A DNA stretch of 32,000 nucleotides from Halogeometricum borinquense DSM 11551 (GTDB lineage: Archaea; Halobacteriota; Halobacteria; Halobacteriales; Haloferacaceae): assembly GCF_000172995.2 (NCBI RefSeq), contig NC_014729.1, positions 30,001 to 62,000 on the forward strand, in the 5' to 3' direction. The notes below the pieces were generated by a model. That model saw only the letters and a list, made by a program, of their open reading frames with translations. It was not told where the DNA came from and made no database searches. The translations under genes and the position numbers were made by a program. Shown one piece after another: positions 15,428 through 24,851 of the stretch. The stretch's first letter is position 1. Each line of letters starts with the position of its first letter.

Positions 15428-15634
15428 TCAGTACGCGCCGCCCTTGATGAGGCGGAGAATTTTGACGCGTTCGACTGCGACGGGTTGGTCCTCGGGAACG
15501 GGCGAGCCGTCTACGAGAACCGACACCTCGTGCGGGCTGAGGTCCACCGCGCGAACCAGGTCAGCGTACGTGTCGTCGTCCTCGACGCGGATCTCGTGCG
15601 TTTCCTCGCCGACGACTTCCACGGAGACGTGCAT
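15428..15634 (-). CDS. samp2: Ubiquitin-like small archaeal modifier protein, SAMP2 type, with C-terminal GG-AY
   Basis: [68 protein letters not shown] is a beta-grasp ThiS/MoaD-like sequence. It is very similar to my recollection of Haloferax volcanii SAMP2 (...VLRLIKGG) and is divergent from rfcS, as there. The reverse-strand codons are GGC GGC GCG TAC TGA (15442 down to 15428). Confidence 0.85.
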   Translation of the reverse strand: MHVSVEVVGEETHEIRVEDDDTYADLVRAVDLSPHEVSVLVDGSPVPEDQPVAVERVKILRLIKGGAY

Positions 15635-15697
15635 GGCTGTTCGTCGGCCCGGAACGGGTTTCTCAGTTTCGCTCCCCTTGCCGGGCGGAACGCGGGT

Positions 15698-15707
15698 GCT
15701 TTATCAC
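15698..15707 (+). promoter_or_regulatory. TATA-like box (GCTTTATCAC) for rfcS
   Basis: It is centred ~27 bp upstream of ATG 15730. It shares the TTTATCA core with the box at 6221. Confidence 0.4.
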
Positions 15708-15729
15708 TCGGCGGGACCGTGTGCAGCGT

Positions 15730-16716
15730 ATGAGCGAGGCCGCGGACGCGGAGGAGGCCGCTACTGGCCGTGAAATCTGGATCGAGAAGTACCGACCGCA
15801 GACGCTCGACGACGTGTACGGACAGGAAGACATCGTCGAGAGACTCCGGTCGTACATCGAACAGGACGACTTGCCGCACCTGCTGTTTGCGGGACCGGCA
15901 GGCGTCGGTAAGACCACCTCCGCGACGGCCATCGCCCGCGCCATCTACGGCGACGACTGGCGTGGCAACTTCCTCGAACTCAACGCCTCGGACGAACGCG
16001 GCATCGACGTGGTGCGCGACCGGATCAAGAACTTCGCTCGCTCGTCGTTCGGCGGGTTCGACTACCGCATCATCTTCTTGGACGAGGCCGACTCTCTCAC
16101 CTCTGACGCGCAGTCGGCCCTGCGTCGGACGATGGAGCAGTTCTCCGATAACACCCGCTTTATCCTCTCGTGTAACTACTCCTCGAAGATTATCGACCCT
16201 ATCCAGTCGCGGTGTGCGGTGTTCCGCTTTTCGCCCCTCGGTGACGACGCCGTCCGCGAGCAGGTGAAAGACATCGCAGAAACCGAGGAGATCGAACTCA
16301 CCGAGGACGGTCTGGACGCGCTCGTCTACGCCGCAGGTGGCGACATGCGTCGCGCAATCAACTCCCTGCAGGCGGCGGCAACGACCGGCGAGATCGTGGA
16401 CGAGGAAGCCGTCTACCTCATCACCTCGACGGCCCGCCCTGAGGACATCGAGGAGATGGTCCAATCGGCTATCGACGGTGAGTTCCTCACCGCGCGGTCG
16501 AAACTCGAGACGCTTCTCGTGGACACCGGGATGGCCGGCGGTGACATCATCGATCAGCTACACCGGTCGGTGTGGGACTTCGACCTTGACGAACGCACGA
16601 CAGTTCGCTTGATGGAACGCATCGGCGAGGCTGACTACCGCATCACCGAAGGTGCGAACGAACAAGTCCAGTTAGAGGCGTTGCTCGCCTCGCTGGCTGC
16701 CGCCACCGACGACTGA
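15730..16716 (+). CDS. rfcS: Replication factor C small subunit
   Basis: [17 protein letters not shown], Walker [10 protein letters not shown], Walker [12 protein letters not shown] and the SRC motif ([10 protein letters not shown]) are present. I set the start at ATG 15730 rather than the track's GTG 15721. Confidence 0.92.
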   Translation: MSEAADAEEAATGREIWIEKYRPQTLDDVYGQEDIVERLRSYIEQDDLPHLLFAGPAGVGKTTSATAIARAIYGDDWRGNFLELNASDERGIDVVRDRIKNFARSSFGGFDYRIIFLDEADSLTSDAQSALRRTMEQFSDNTRFILSCNYSSKIIDPIQSRCAVFRFSPLGDDAVREQVKDIAETEEIELTEDGLDALVYAAGGDMRRAINSLQAAATTGEIVDEEAVYLITSTARPEDIEEMVQSAIDGEFLTARSKLETLLVDTGMAGGDIIDQLHRSVWDFDLDERTTVRLMERIGEADYRITEGANEQVQLEALLASLAAATDD

Positions 16717-16747
16717 TTCTCGGCGCATTCGACCACGCCGCAACCCA

Positions 16748-19027
16748 CTACTCGACGCGGAACTCAAACCGCGCACCGCCTGCCGCAGACTCCGTCACTG
16801 CGACAGACCACCCGTGCGCCTCGGCGATACGTGAGACGATAGCGAGACCGTAGCCGATCCCGTCGTCACCGGTCGTTTCACCGGGTTCGAACACGACCTC
16901 GCGGCGGTCCGCAGCGATTCCGGATCCGTCGTCCTCGACGTAGAACCCGTCGTCCAACGGCCCAACGCGGACAGTGACGCCGGCGTCGCCGTCGTTGTGT
17001 TCGACGCTGTTCCGAAAGAGGTTCCCGAACAGTTCCGCGAGACGTTCCGTATCAGCGTCCATTGTCGCCGAGGAGATCTTGAGCGTCCCATCCGCCGTCT
17101 CGACCGTATCCCAGGCACGGCGGGCGATAGCACCGACATCCACGGCAGTCGTCTCGCCGACGACCTCCCCCTGCCGCGCTAGTGATAACAGGTCGTCGAT
17201 GAGTTCCTCCATCTGGTCTAACGCGTCCGCCACCGCGTCGAACGACTCCTCGCGGTTTACCTCGCGGGCGAGTTCGAGGTGTCCCTGCGCCACCGCGAGC
17301 GGATTTCTGAGGTCGTGGCTCACGATGTTGGCGAACTCCTCTAACCGCTGATTCTGTCGCTCTAACTCGGATTCGCGCTGTTTTCGCTCGGTGATGTCGG
17401 TGTAGAGAGCGTATCCGACACCGTCGGCGGCGTTAGGATCCAAGGGGACGACATTGAGGATGAACTCTCGTGTCTGACCGTCTGCGAGTCGCTGCACCTC
17501 GCTTCTGTGGCGTTCGCCGTCGGCGACGCACAACTCCGGCGGGTCGCGTTCGCTGTCGGGAACGATTTCCGCGAGAAGGTCGTCACCGATAATATCGATA
17601 TCGCGCCTACCGAACTGTTCCTCGAAGGCGTTGTTGACGCTTTGGATGCACGCGACGCCCGACTCATCGTCCACTTCGTAGGCGACGGCGGCATCAGAGA
17701 CGTGTTCGAAGAGAGCGGTTGACCGGTCGCGTTCCTCGCGGAGGTTCTCCTCCGCACGGATTCGCTCTGCGGTCACGGCGACGTGCGCCATCAGCAGTTC
17801 GGTGAGTTCCGCGTCGGCTTCGTCGAACGCCCGTGGGGTGTAGGCTGCGGCCTGAAACACGGCAAAATCTCCGATAGCGACACTCAGCCCCGACCGGTAG
17901 GCGTCTTTGACCGGATTGGCGTCGTCGGCCTCGTCCATGTCCTCGACGAGACGCGTCTTCCCGGTCTGGTAGACATCCGCGGCAACGCTACCATCTTCGA
18001 CGGATAATGGCTCTGCACCGTCCTCGGGGAACCGCTTTGACATCGCGGCGGGCACGATCAGACCGTCTTTGACGACACCGATGTAACTCATATCGAACGA
18101 CAGAATCTCGTCGGCCACCGCAACAGTTCGGTCGAACAGTTCGCCGAGGTCGGTGACGGCCGCGAGATCGATTGTTCCGCGGTGGAGCGCTTCGACCCGA
18201 CTCCGACTCTCTCGAAGCGCTTTCTCGGACTCGATGCGAGCGGCTGTTTCCGCAACGTAGGAGACGAGGAGTTCCGCAAGGTGGTGGTCCATCTCATCGA
18301 ACGCGCCGACCTCCGTCGAGATGGCTTGAAAGACGCCAATGTCACCCACGGGAACGCTAATCACCGACCGATACTCCGGATCGTGCGGGGCAGCGGTCTC
18401 GTCTGTCCGAATGTCGTTGATGAGTCTCGATTCGCCGGTTCGGTACGTCTCTCCGAGGAGTCCCGCGTCGTAGGGGATCCGGTCGTCCTCGTCGAAGTCA
18501 CCTCTGGTCGAGCGGATGCGGAAGCCGTCGCCCACGTCGATTGAGATCGAGGAGTTGTCGAACGCGAGGATGCGGTCGGCAATATCTATCGTCCGCTCGA
18601 ACAACTCGTCTGTCGTCTCCGCAGCGATGAGCCTCGAACTCCCTTCGTAGAGCCGTCTGAGCCGCGTCAAGTTATCCGCGGTATGGGTAGAGCGAGCGAC
18701 GAGCCATCGGAGTTGCGTTTCGAGCGACGCACCGTCACCCCGTCGGATGAATGCATCAAACCGCTCAGGTCGCGGAACCGACTCGGGGTCGCAATCTGCA
18801 TAACAGATGACTGGTGCGTCGAATTCGACGTCCGCTGTGGGGTCAGTAACAACGACGGCGTCAACGGGTTCGTCGTCTTCAATCGCTACAATCGACACGC
18901 CGATATCAGACGACAGCAGCAGATCCTCGCAGGCTGTCGAATCGTCCACGGCGAGTCGAAGTTGCTCCAGTCCTCGCACGTCAGTCTGACTAGGAGATAT
19001 TGAGAATTCACATAACTGTTGCGGCAC
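16748..19027 (-). CDS. Multi-domain sensor histidine kinase (N-terminal receiver-like region, two GAF-like domains, PAS, HisKA, HATPase_c)
   Basis: The H-box is NIVSHDLRNPLAVAQGHLELA, the N-box LFRNSVEHN, G1 VEDDGSGI and G2 GIGYGLAIV. There is a PAS-like segment (ALFEHVSDAAVAYEV...SVNNAFEEQFG) and two repeats with GAF-like signatures (ISVPVGDIGVFQAIS / LSVAIGDFAVFQAAA). The start is uncertain. The track start 19027 is a GTG. An in-frame GTG at 18979 is preceded by the AT-rich TTATGTGAATTCTCAATATC (complement of ~18996-19015) at leaderless spacing. Confidence 0.85.
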   Translation of the reverse strand: MPQQLCEFSISPSQTDVRGLEQLRLAVDDSTACEDLLLSSDIGVSIVAIEDDEPVDAVVVTDPTADVEFDAPVICYADCDPESVPRPERFDAFIRRGDGASLETQLRWLVARSTHTADNLTRLRRLYEGSSRLIAAETTDELFERTIDIADRILAFDNSSISIDVGDGFRIRSTRGDFDEDDRIPYDAGLLGETYRTGESRLINDIRTDETAAPHDPEYRSVISVPVGDIGVFQAISTEVGAFDEMDHHLAELLVSYVAETAARIESEKALRESRSRVEALHRGTIDLAAVTDLGELFDRTVAVADEILSFDMSYIGVVKDGLIVPAAMSKRFPEDGAEPLSVEDGSVAADVYQTGKTRLVEDMDEADDANPVKDAYRSGLSVAIGDFAVFQAAAYTPRAFDEADAELTELLMAHVAVTAERIRAEENLREERDRSTALFEHVSDAAVAYEVDDESGVACIQSVNNAFEEQFGRRDIDIIGDDLLAEIVPDSERDPPELCVADGERHRSEVQRLADGQTREFILNVVPLDPNAADGVGYALYTDITERKQRESELERQNQRLEEFANIVSHDLRNPLAVAQGHLELAREVNREESFDAVADALDQMEELIDDLLSLARQGEVVGETTAVDVGAIARRAWDTVETADGTLKISSATMDADTERLAELFGNLFRNSVEHNDGDAGVTVRVGPLDDGFYVEDDGSGIAADRREVVFEPGETTGDDGIGYGLAIVSRIAEAHGWSVAVTESAAGGARFEFRVE

Positions 19028-19074
19028 GTTCTCCCGATACGCGGTGATGTGTCACACGCGTTACCGGCAAGATG

Positions 19075-19563
19075 TCAGTTCAGTGTCCAGAACTGGTAGT
19101 TAAGCGCCGTGGCGAACGCTACCCACACGAGGTAGGGGAGCATCAGCGCCGCCGCGCGTCGGTCAACACGCCCGAACAGAGCCGTTACGGCGACGATGGC
19201 GACGAGGAGAGGGACGATGACGACGAGTCCGTACAGCGGGGACTGCAAGCCGAAGAACGCCAGCGACCACGACACGTTGAGGACAAGGTGGCCGACGAAG
19301 GCGTACAACGCAGGCCGCGTCCGCGAGTCGTCAGACCGCGAGACGAGAAACGCCGCGGTCCCCATGAGAGCGTACAGCGTCGTCCAGACCGGGCCGAACA
19401 CCCAGTCAGGCGGGGCGAACGACGGTTGAGCGAGCGTCGTGTACCACGTCTCGACGGCGGACGCCGTCGCAACCCCGCCGATCAGCCCCGCAAGTTCCGA
19501 GAGCAGAACCCACGCTAACCACTCGACTACGGGCCGATTCCGGATAGACGCGCGTATCTCCAT
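19075..19563 (-). CDS. tspO: TspO/MBR tryptophan-rich sensory protein
   Basis: [29 protein letters not shown]...[31 protein letters not shown] shows five TM helices with the typical W-rich pattern. I moved the start to ATG 19563; the track uses TTG 19569. Confidence 0.85.
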   Translation of the reverse strand: MEIRASIRNRPVVEWLAWVLLSELAGLIGGVATASAVETWYTTLAQPSFAPPDWVFGPVWTTLYALMGTAAFLVSRSDDSRTRPALYAFVGHLVLNVSWSLAFFGLQSPLYGLVVIVPLLVAIVAVTALFGRVDRRAAALMLPYLVWVAFATALNYQFWTLN

Positions 19564-19611
19564 GGTCAAAAGAGGCGGGCGACAGCCGTAACGATGATGG
19601 CAATCGAATAG

Positions 19612-19627
19612 ATCCTGTCAACAGGAT
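19612..19627. promoter_or_regulatory. Palindrome ATCCTGT-CA-ACAGGAT in the tspO/alaS divergent intergenic region
   Basis: It has 7-bp perfect arms with a 2-bp spacer. That is too tight for an RNA hairpin, so it looks more like a dimeric DNA-binding site. Confidence 0.3.
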
Positions 19628-19775
19628 ATACAAACGCTGTCGAGACGATGGAGGCGGGATAGGACGCCGCGACGTGACTGATTCGGTCCTCGACGCAGCC
19701 CAGACGGACGCCAGACCGGCCCTCTCCGCCCTCTACCCGGAACTGTTTTACCCGGCCGTGGGTCAATCTGAGGTA

Positions 19776-22544
19776 ATGAGCGAACTCGAATCGGAGTACC
19801 GCCTCGACTATTTCGAGGAGGAGGGGTTCTACCGGAAACAGTGTCCGGTGACCGACGCGTACTTCTGGACGCGGGACCCCGACCGGGAGACGTGCGGGGA
19901 ACCGCCCGCGGACGATTACTCGTTCATCGATAACCCCGGTTTCGGCGAGGAGTACACCATCGAAGAGATGCGGGAGGAGTTCCTTTCGTTCTTCGAGGAG
20001 CACGACCACGAACGCATCGAACCGTATCCGGTCGCGGCGAACCGATGGCGTGACGACGTGCTCTTGACGCAGGCGTCTATCTACGACTTCCAACCGCTCG
20101 TCACCAGCGGTCAGACGCCGCCGCCGGCAAACCCCCTCACCATCTCACAACCCTGCATCCGGATGCAGGACATCGACAACGTGGGCAAGACGGGCCGCCA
20201 CACGATGGCGTTCGAGATGATGGCCCACCACGCGTTCAACGCCCGCGAGGAGGTTGATGACCAGTACGCCTACTCCGGTGAAGTCTACTGGAAGGACCGG
20301 ACAGTCGAACTCTGCGACGAGTTCTTCGAGCATATGGGTGCCGACCTCGAAGAGATCACCTACATCGAGGACCCGTGGGTCGGTGGCGGGAACGCCGGCC
20401 CCGCCTTCGAGGTACTCTATCAGGGTGCCGAACTCGCCACGCTCGTCTTCATGTCGATGGAGCAGGATCCCGAAGGCGAGTACGAGATGAAAGACGGCAA
20501 CCGGTACTCGCCGATGGACACCTACATCGTCGATACCGGATACGGTCTCGAACGCTGGGCGTGGGTGTCGCAGGGCACCGCCACCGTCTACGAGGCTGTC
20601 TATCCCGATATGATCCAGTTCCTCAAGGAGAACGCGGGCATCTCCCTCACGGCCGAGGAAGAGGAACTCGTCCACCGGGCGGCGAAACTGTCCGGCTACC
20701 TCGATATCGACGAAGTTGACGACGTGTACGAGGCGCGCGTTGACATCGCCGACGAGTTAGGTGTCGATGCCGACGAACTGGCCGAACTCCTCCGACCCCT
20801 CGAAGACATCTACGCCATCGCGGACCACTGCCGAACGCTCGCCTACATGTTCGGTGACGGCATCGTCCCCTCGAACGTCGGGACGGGCTATCTCGCGCGA
20901 ATGGTGCTTCGCCGGACGAAGCGCCTCGTAGACAGCGTGGGCGTTGACGCTCCGCTCGACGAACTCGTGGACATGCAGGCCGAGCGTCTCGAGTACCAGA
21001 ACCGCGACACCATCCGCGATATCGTGCGGACCGAAGAGCGCAAATACCGCGAGACGCTCGAACGCGGAACGCGAAAGGTCCAGTCGCTGGCTGATGACTA
21101 CGCCGACCGCGAGGAGTCCATCCCCGTCACGGAACTCATCGAACTGTACGACTCCCACGGCATCCAGCCCGATATGGTGGCCGACATCGCCGAGGAACGC
21201 GGCGCGACGGTTGACGTTCCGGACAACTTCTACTCGCTTGTCGCAGACCGCCACGAGGGAGAAGGAGCTACGGAGGCCGCCGAGGAACGCGAGGAGCGAC
21301 TCGCGGATCTGCCGGACACCGAGAAACTCTACTACGACGACCAAGAGCGAACGGAGTTCGAGGCGGTCGTCCTCGACGTTATCGAACGCGAGGAAGGCTA
21401 CGACGTGGTCTTAGATCAGACGATGTTCTACCCCGAAGGCGGTGGTCAACCCGCCGACCACGGTACGATCTCGACGGACGACAAAACGGTGCAGGTCTCC
21501 GACGTGCAGATACGCGACGGTGTCGTCCTACACCGCACCGACGAGGACCCCGGTAAGGGCGAGTTCGTCCGCGGGCAACTCGACGTGGAACGCCGTCGCC
21601 GCCTGATGCGGCACCACACGGCGACACACGTCGTCGGACACGCGGCCAGGCAGGTCCTCGGCGACCACATCCGACAGGCCGGTGCGCAGAAGGGTACCGA
21701 CCGCGCGCGCTTCGACATCACCCACTACGAACGCATCACGCGCGAGGAGGTCAAGCAGATAGAACAGGTGGCCAACGAAATCGTGATGCAGAATATCGCG
21801 GTGAAACAGGAGTGGCCGGACCGTCACGAGGCCGAGGACAAATACGGCTTCGACCTCTATCAGGGAGGTATTCCGCCGGGACGGAACATCCGCGTCATCA
21901 CCGTCGGTGACGACGTGCAGGCCTGCGGCGGGACGCACGTCAAGCGAACCGGTGACATCGGATCGATCAAGATCCTGACGACCGAACCGGTACAAGACGG
22001 CATCGAGCGCATCGTCTTCGCTGCGGGCGACGCCGCCATCGAGGCGACGCAGGAGACGGAAGACGCGCTCTACGAAGCGGCCGAGGTTCTCGACGTGAAC
22101 CCCGAAGACGTGCCTGACACGGCAGAGCGGTTCTTCACCGAATGGAAAGAGCGCGGAAAGACCATCGACCGACTGAAGTCCGAACTCGCGGAGGCGCGTG
22201 CCGCCGCGGAGACCGAAGAGATCGATGTGAGCGGAACGCCCGCTGTGGTTCAGCGACTCGACGGCGACGCCGACGAACTCCGGGCGACAGCGAACGCCAT
22301 CGTCGATGAGGGTAAAGTTGCCGTTCTCGGCTCCGCTGCGGGCGGAAGCGCCCAGTTCGTTGTCGGAGTGCCCGACAACGTGGGAATCAACGCGGGCGAA
22401 GTCGTCGGCCAACTCGCTGCGAGCGTCGGCGGCGGCGGCGGTGGTCCGCCGGACTTCGCGCAGGGCGGCGGCCCGAACGTCGAGAAACTAGACGAAACGC
22501 TGGATGAAGCACCGGACGTGCTTCGGCAAGTTCTCGACGCCTAA
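19776..22544 (+). CDS. alaS: Alanine--tRNA ligase
   Basis: It has the archaeal AlaRS N-terminus [24 protein letters not shown] and class II core ([14 protein letters not shown]). The editing domain has HHTATH...CGGTH, and there is a C-terminal DHHA1-like region. ATG 19776 has the TATA-like CTGTTTTACCC ~29 bp upstream. The track's GTG 19674 adds 34 unsupported codons. Confidence 0.95.
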   Translation: MSELESEYRLDYFEEEGFYRKQCPVTDAYFWTRDPDRETCGEPPADDYSFIDNPGFGEEYTIEEMREEFLSFFEEHDHERIEPYPVAANRWRDDVLLTQASIYDFQPLVTSGQTPPPANPLTISQPCIRMQDIDNVGKTGRHTMAFEMMAHHAFNAREEVDDQYAYSGEVYWKDRTVELCDEFFEHMGADLEEITYIEDPWVGGGNAGPAFEVLYQGAELATLVFMSMEQDPEGEYEMKDGNRYSPMDTYIVDTGYGLERWAWVSQGTATVYEAVYPDMIQFLKENAGISLTAEEEELVHRAAKLSGYLDIDEVDDVYEARVDIADELGVDADELAELLRPLEDIYAIADHCRTLAYMFGDGIVPSNVGTGYLARMVLRRTKRLVDSVGVDAPLDELVDMQAERLEYQNRDTIRDIVRTEERKYRETLERGTRKVQSLADDYADREESIPVTELIELYDSHGIQPDMVADIAEERGATVDVPDNFYSLVADRHEGEGATEAAEEREERLADLPDTEKLYYDDQERTEFEAVVLDVIEREEGYDVVLDQTMFYPEGGGQPADHGTISTDDKTVQVSDVQIRDGVVLHRTDEDPGKGEFVRGQLDVERRRRLMRHHTATHVVGHAARQVLGDHIRQAGAQKGTDRARFDITHYERITREEVKQIEQVANEIVMQNIAVKQEWPDRHEAEDKYGFDLYQGGIPPGRNIRVITVGDDVQACGGTHVKRTGDIGSIKILTTEPVQDGIERIVFAAGDAAIEATQETEDALYEAAEVLDVNPEDVPDTAERFFTEWKERGKTIDRLKSELAEARAAAETEEIDVSGTPAVVQRLDGDADELRATANAIVDEGKVAVLGSAAGGSAQFVVGVPDNVGINAGEVVGQLAASVGGGGGGPPDFAQGGGPNVEKLDETLDEAPDVLRQVLDA

Positions 22545-22630
22545 TCGCGCACCCGTCCCGTCAACTGTCACATTACAGTTGGCAACAGAGCAAGAGTTAA
22601 GTCCATATGTAGGATTTCTAATATAACTGC

Positions 22631-23224
22631 ATGGAACTCACAGAACGTGTGACACAAGAGACGCGGGACGCAACGAGCGTCCTTGTCCTTCGCCCGCAGT
22701 TGCAGGCCGGATCGGATGCGACGTGTAAACGGCTCCTTGTGGGCGACTCGCGTCCTGTTCATCTTCTCGGAATCTGTTTTTCGACCTCACCCACCCAATG
22801 GTACGACCAGTGGGAGCAGGTTCTCGGTGGTCCACCCGCCGACGCTGCCGTCATCACGACGCCGGATTCGTTCGTGGACGACAAGCCCGATGGCCTCGTC
22901 GTCGAGACGGTCGGAAATCCTGCGGACGTGACCGGTATTGGAATGCAGGCGACGAAATATCTGAACTCGTGGGAAGAAGACGATGCCACGGTGGTTGTCG
23001 CGCTCGACTCGCTCACACTCATGCTCCAGTACGTCTCACTGGAGACGCTGTACCGATTCTTGCACGTTCTGACGAGACGCCTCGACGTACTCGGCGCGAC
23101 CGGGCTGTTCTTCCTCGACCCATCGGCGCAAGACCAAAAGACGGTGAACACGCTCAAGACGCTCTTTCACGGCGTATTGTCGTATGAAGAACAAGCAGGC
23201 GATTGGCAGTTGCGGACACAGTAG
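22631..23224 (+). CDS. KaiC/RecA-superfamily-like single-domain protein with degenerate P-loop; function unknown
   Basis: SVLVLRPQLQAGSDATCKRLL aligns by eye to the KaiC-like strand plus Walker A (S-x-L-I-x-G-x-P-G-x-G-K-T) but lacks the GK[ST]. VVVALDSLTLMLQY resembles the Walker B/DSL motif. LHVLTRRLDVLGATGLFFLDP resembles the following helix-strand. GC and third-position bias are visibly lower than in neighbouring genes. The start could be GTG 22649 instead. Confidence 0.6.
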   Translation: MELTERVTQETRDATSVLVLRPQLQAGSDATCKRLLVGDSRPVHLLGICFSTSPTQWYDQWEQVLGGPPADAAVITTPDSFVDDKPDGLVVETVGNPADVTGIGMQATKYLNSWEEDDATVVVALDSLTLMLQYVSLETLYRFLHVLTRRLDVLGATGLFFLDPSAQDQKTVNTLKTLFHGVLSYEEQAGDWQLRTQ

Positions 23225-23295
23225 CACCCGTCGCGGACGACGACTAGCCGGCCCGTGTCGGTGCCGATAAGGCCGTTCCGCACCGAGTTCCGACC

Positions 23296-24066
23296 ATGCC
23301 TGTGGCTTCGAACGACGGCGTTTCCTGCTACTACGAACGTGACGGCGACGGCGACCCGGTCGTATTCGTCGGTGACGCGGGATACGGCGCGTGGCAGTGG
23401 GGGTGGCAGCACGCGGCCGTCGCGGGACCGTACGAGAGCGTCGTTACGGACGTTCGCGGCGCCGGGCGGTCCGATGCGCCACCGGGACCGTACTCGATTG
23501 CCGACCTCGTCACGGATCTCACTAGCGTTCTCTCCGATGCGGGATTCCGCTCTGCGGCCGTTGTCGGTGCCGGACTCGGTGGAATCGTCGGATTGGAAGC
23601 GGCGCGAACCACCGCGCGCGTGGACCGGCTGGTCTGTCTCGGGTCCGCGGCGACGGGCGACCAGTTGGACCTCGAATCGCTCTACGCGCCGCCGAACGAC
23701 CGCGACGGCCTCAAGCAATCGCTGAAAGCGGCGTTCTCTGACCGATTCGTCGAAGAACAACCCGATGCGATCCAGCAGATGATCGCGTGGCGCTCCGAGG
23801 AGGATGCGTCTCCCCGAGCGTGGGAGGCACAAATTGCCGCTATCCGTGACTACGCACTCGACGCCGCGTACGAGGTGACGACACCCACGTTAGTCGTCCA
23901 CGGCACCGACGACGCCGTCTGGCCCGTCGAACGCGGACGCGAACTGGCCGAAAGCCTCCCGCGAGGCGAGTTCGCCGCCGTCGAGGACGCCGGTCACTTG
24001 GCGCACATCGAGCAGTCAAAGCGAGTGAACGACGAACTGCTGGCGTTCCTCGCCGACGACGAGTGA
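23296..24066 (+). CDS. Alpha/beta-hydrolase-fold protein lacking the canonical nucleophile serine
   Basis: The fold landmarks are PVVFVGDAGYGAWQW, DVRGAGRSD, AAVVGAGLGGIVGLEAA, VVHGTDDAVWP and DAGHLAHIEQ. The nucleophile-elbow position reads G-A-G-L-G-G instead of G-x-S-x-G-G, and the HG oxyanion dipeptide is GD. Confidence 0.75.
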   Translation: MPVASNDGVSCYYERDGDGDPVVFVGDAGYGAWQWGWQHAAVAGPYESVVTDVRGAGRSDAPPGPYSIADLVTDLTSVLSDAGFRSAAVVGAGLGGIVGLEAARTTARVDRLVCLGSAATGDQLDLESLYAPPNDRDGLKQSLKAAFSDRFVEEQPDAIQQMIAWRSEEDASPRAWEAQIAAIRDYALDAAYEVTTPTLVVHGTDDAVWPVERGRELAESLPRGEFAAVEDAGHLAHIEQSKRVNDELLAFLADDE

Positions 24067-24146
24067 TGAGGCGACCGGTTCCGAGGGACCGGCACGACAC
24101 GCCACGAGCGCAAGTCACTTTGTACCGCACTCCATTGCTTCGATAA

Positions 24147-24851
24147 ATGAAACAGGGACACGGAAATCTACGTTTCGCTCTACTCGACGCCTCACACGGG
24201 GATAGCAACACACGGCGGAATTTCCGGCGGGAACTCGACGCTGATCTGGCCGAGTTCGACGCCACCGAGGGAGAACTCCCCTCACATTTCGACTTCGACG
24301 GTGTGGTCGTCACCGGGTCACGCGCGTCAGTGTACTGGGACGAAAAGTGGATTCCACCGCTTGCGGAGTACGTCGCTGATGCCGCAGAGCACGACATGCC
24401 GATACTCGGCGTCTGTTACGGGCATCAACTGTTGGCGACGGCGCTCGGCGGCCACGTCCAAGACATGGGCGAGTACGAAATCGGCTACCGGGAAGTATCG
24501 CAAACGGCCGAAGACGAACTGTTCGAGGGAATCGACGAGACGTTCACCGTCTTCACAACGCACTCTGACGCCGTTGCAGAGCTACCCGAAGGGGCTGAAC
24601 TCATCGCGGAGAACGAGTACGGTGTCCACGCCTTCCGAAAAGGGCACGCGTGGGGCGTGCAGTTCCACCCCGAATACGACCCCGACACCGCCGCGGAAGT
24701 GACGAAAGGCAAAGACCTGCCGGACGAGCGAATCCAGTCGGTACTCGACGGAATCACCGCGGAGAACTACGACGCCGCCTGCGAGGCCAAACGTCTATTC
24801 GACAATTTCACTGCCTACGCCCGCCGGATTCGGTCGGAAGCGACGGCCTGA
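24147..24851 (+). CDS. Class I glutamine amidotransferase (GATase1) domain protein
   Basis: It has the nucleophile elbow ILGVCYGHQLL and the catalytic VQFHPE. It is a stand-alone ~234-aa GuaA-N-like domain. Confidence 0.85.
   Translation: MKQGHGNLRFALLDASHGDSNTRRNFRRELDADLAEFDATEGELPSHFDFDGVVVTGSRASVYWDEKWIPPLAEYVADAAEHDMPILGVCYGHQLLATALGGHVQDMGEYEIGYREVSQTAEDELFEGIDETFTVFTTHSDAVAELPEGAELIAENEYGVHAFRKGHAWGVQFHPEYDPDTAAEVTKGKDLPDERIQSVLDGITAENYDAACEAKRLFDNFTAYARRIRSEATA

Noticed and set aside
15511-16464. 317-aa minus-strand ORF
   Set aside because: It is antisense to rfcS, whose Walker A/B and SRC motifs are unambiguous.
19590-19684. Possible C/D-box sRNA (GATGATGG near 19593, CTGA near 19677)
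   Set aside because: The C-box is imperfect (ends in G, not A), the spacing of ~85 nt is long, there are no clear D'/C' boxes, and the flanks cannot form a terminal stem.
20145-22412. Minus-strand ORFs 20145..20675, 20757..21344 and 21528..22412 (up to 294 aa)
   Set aside because: All are antisense to alaS and show the V/L/R/G-rich mirror composition.
22562-22581. Inverted repeat CAACTGT-CACATT-ACAGTTG 18 bp after the alaS stop as a terminator or operator
   Set aside because: A 7-bp stem of moderate stability with no adjacent oligo-T. It could be chance, so I did not promote it to a feature.
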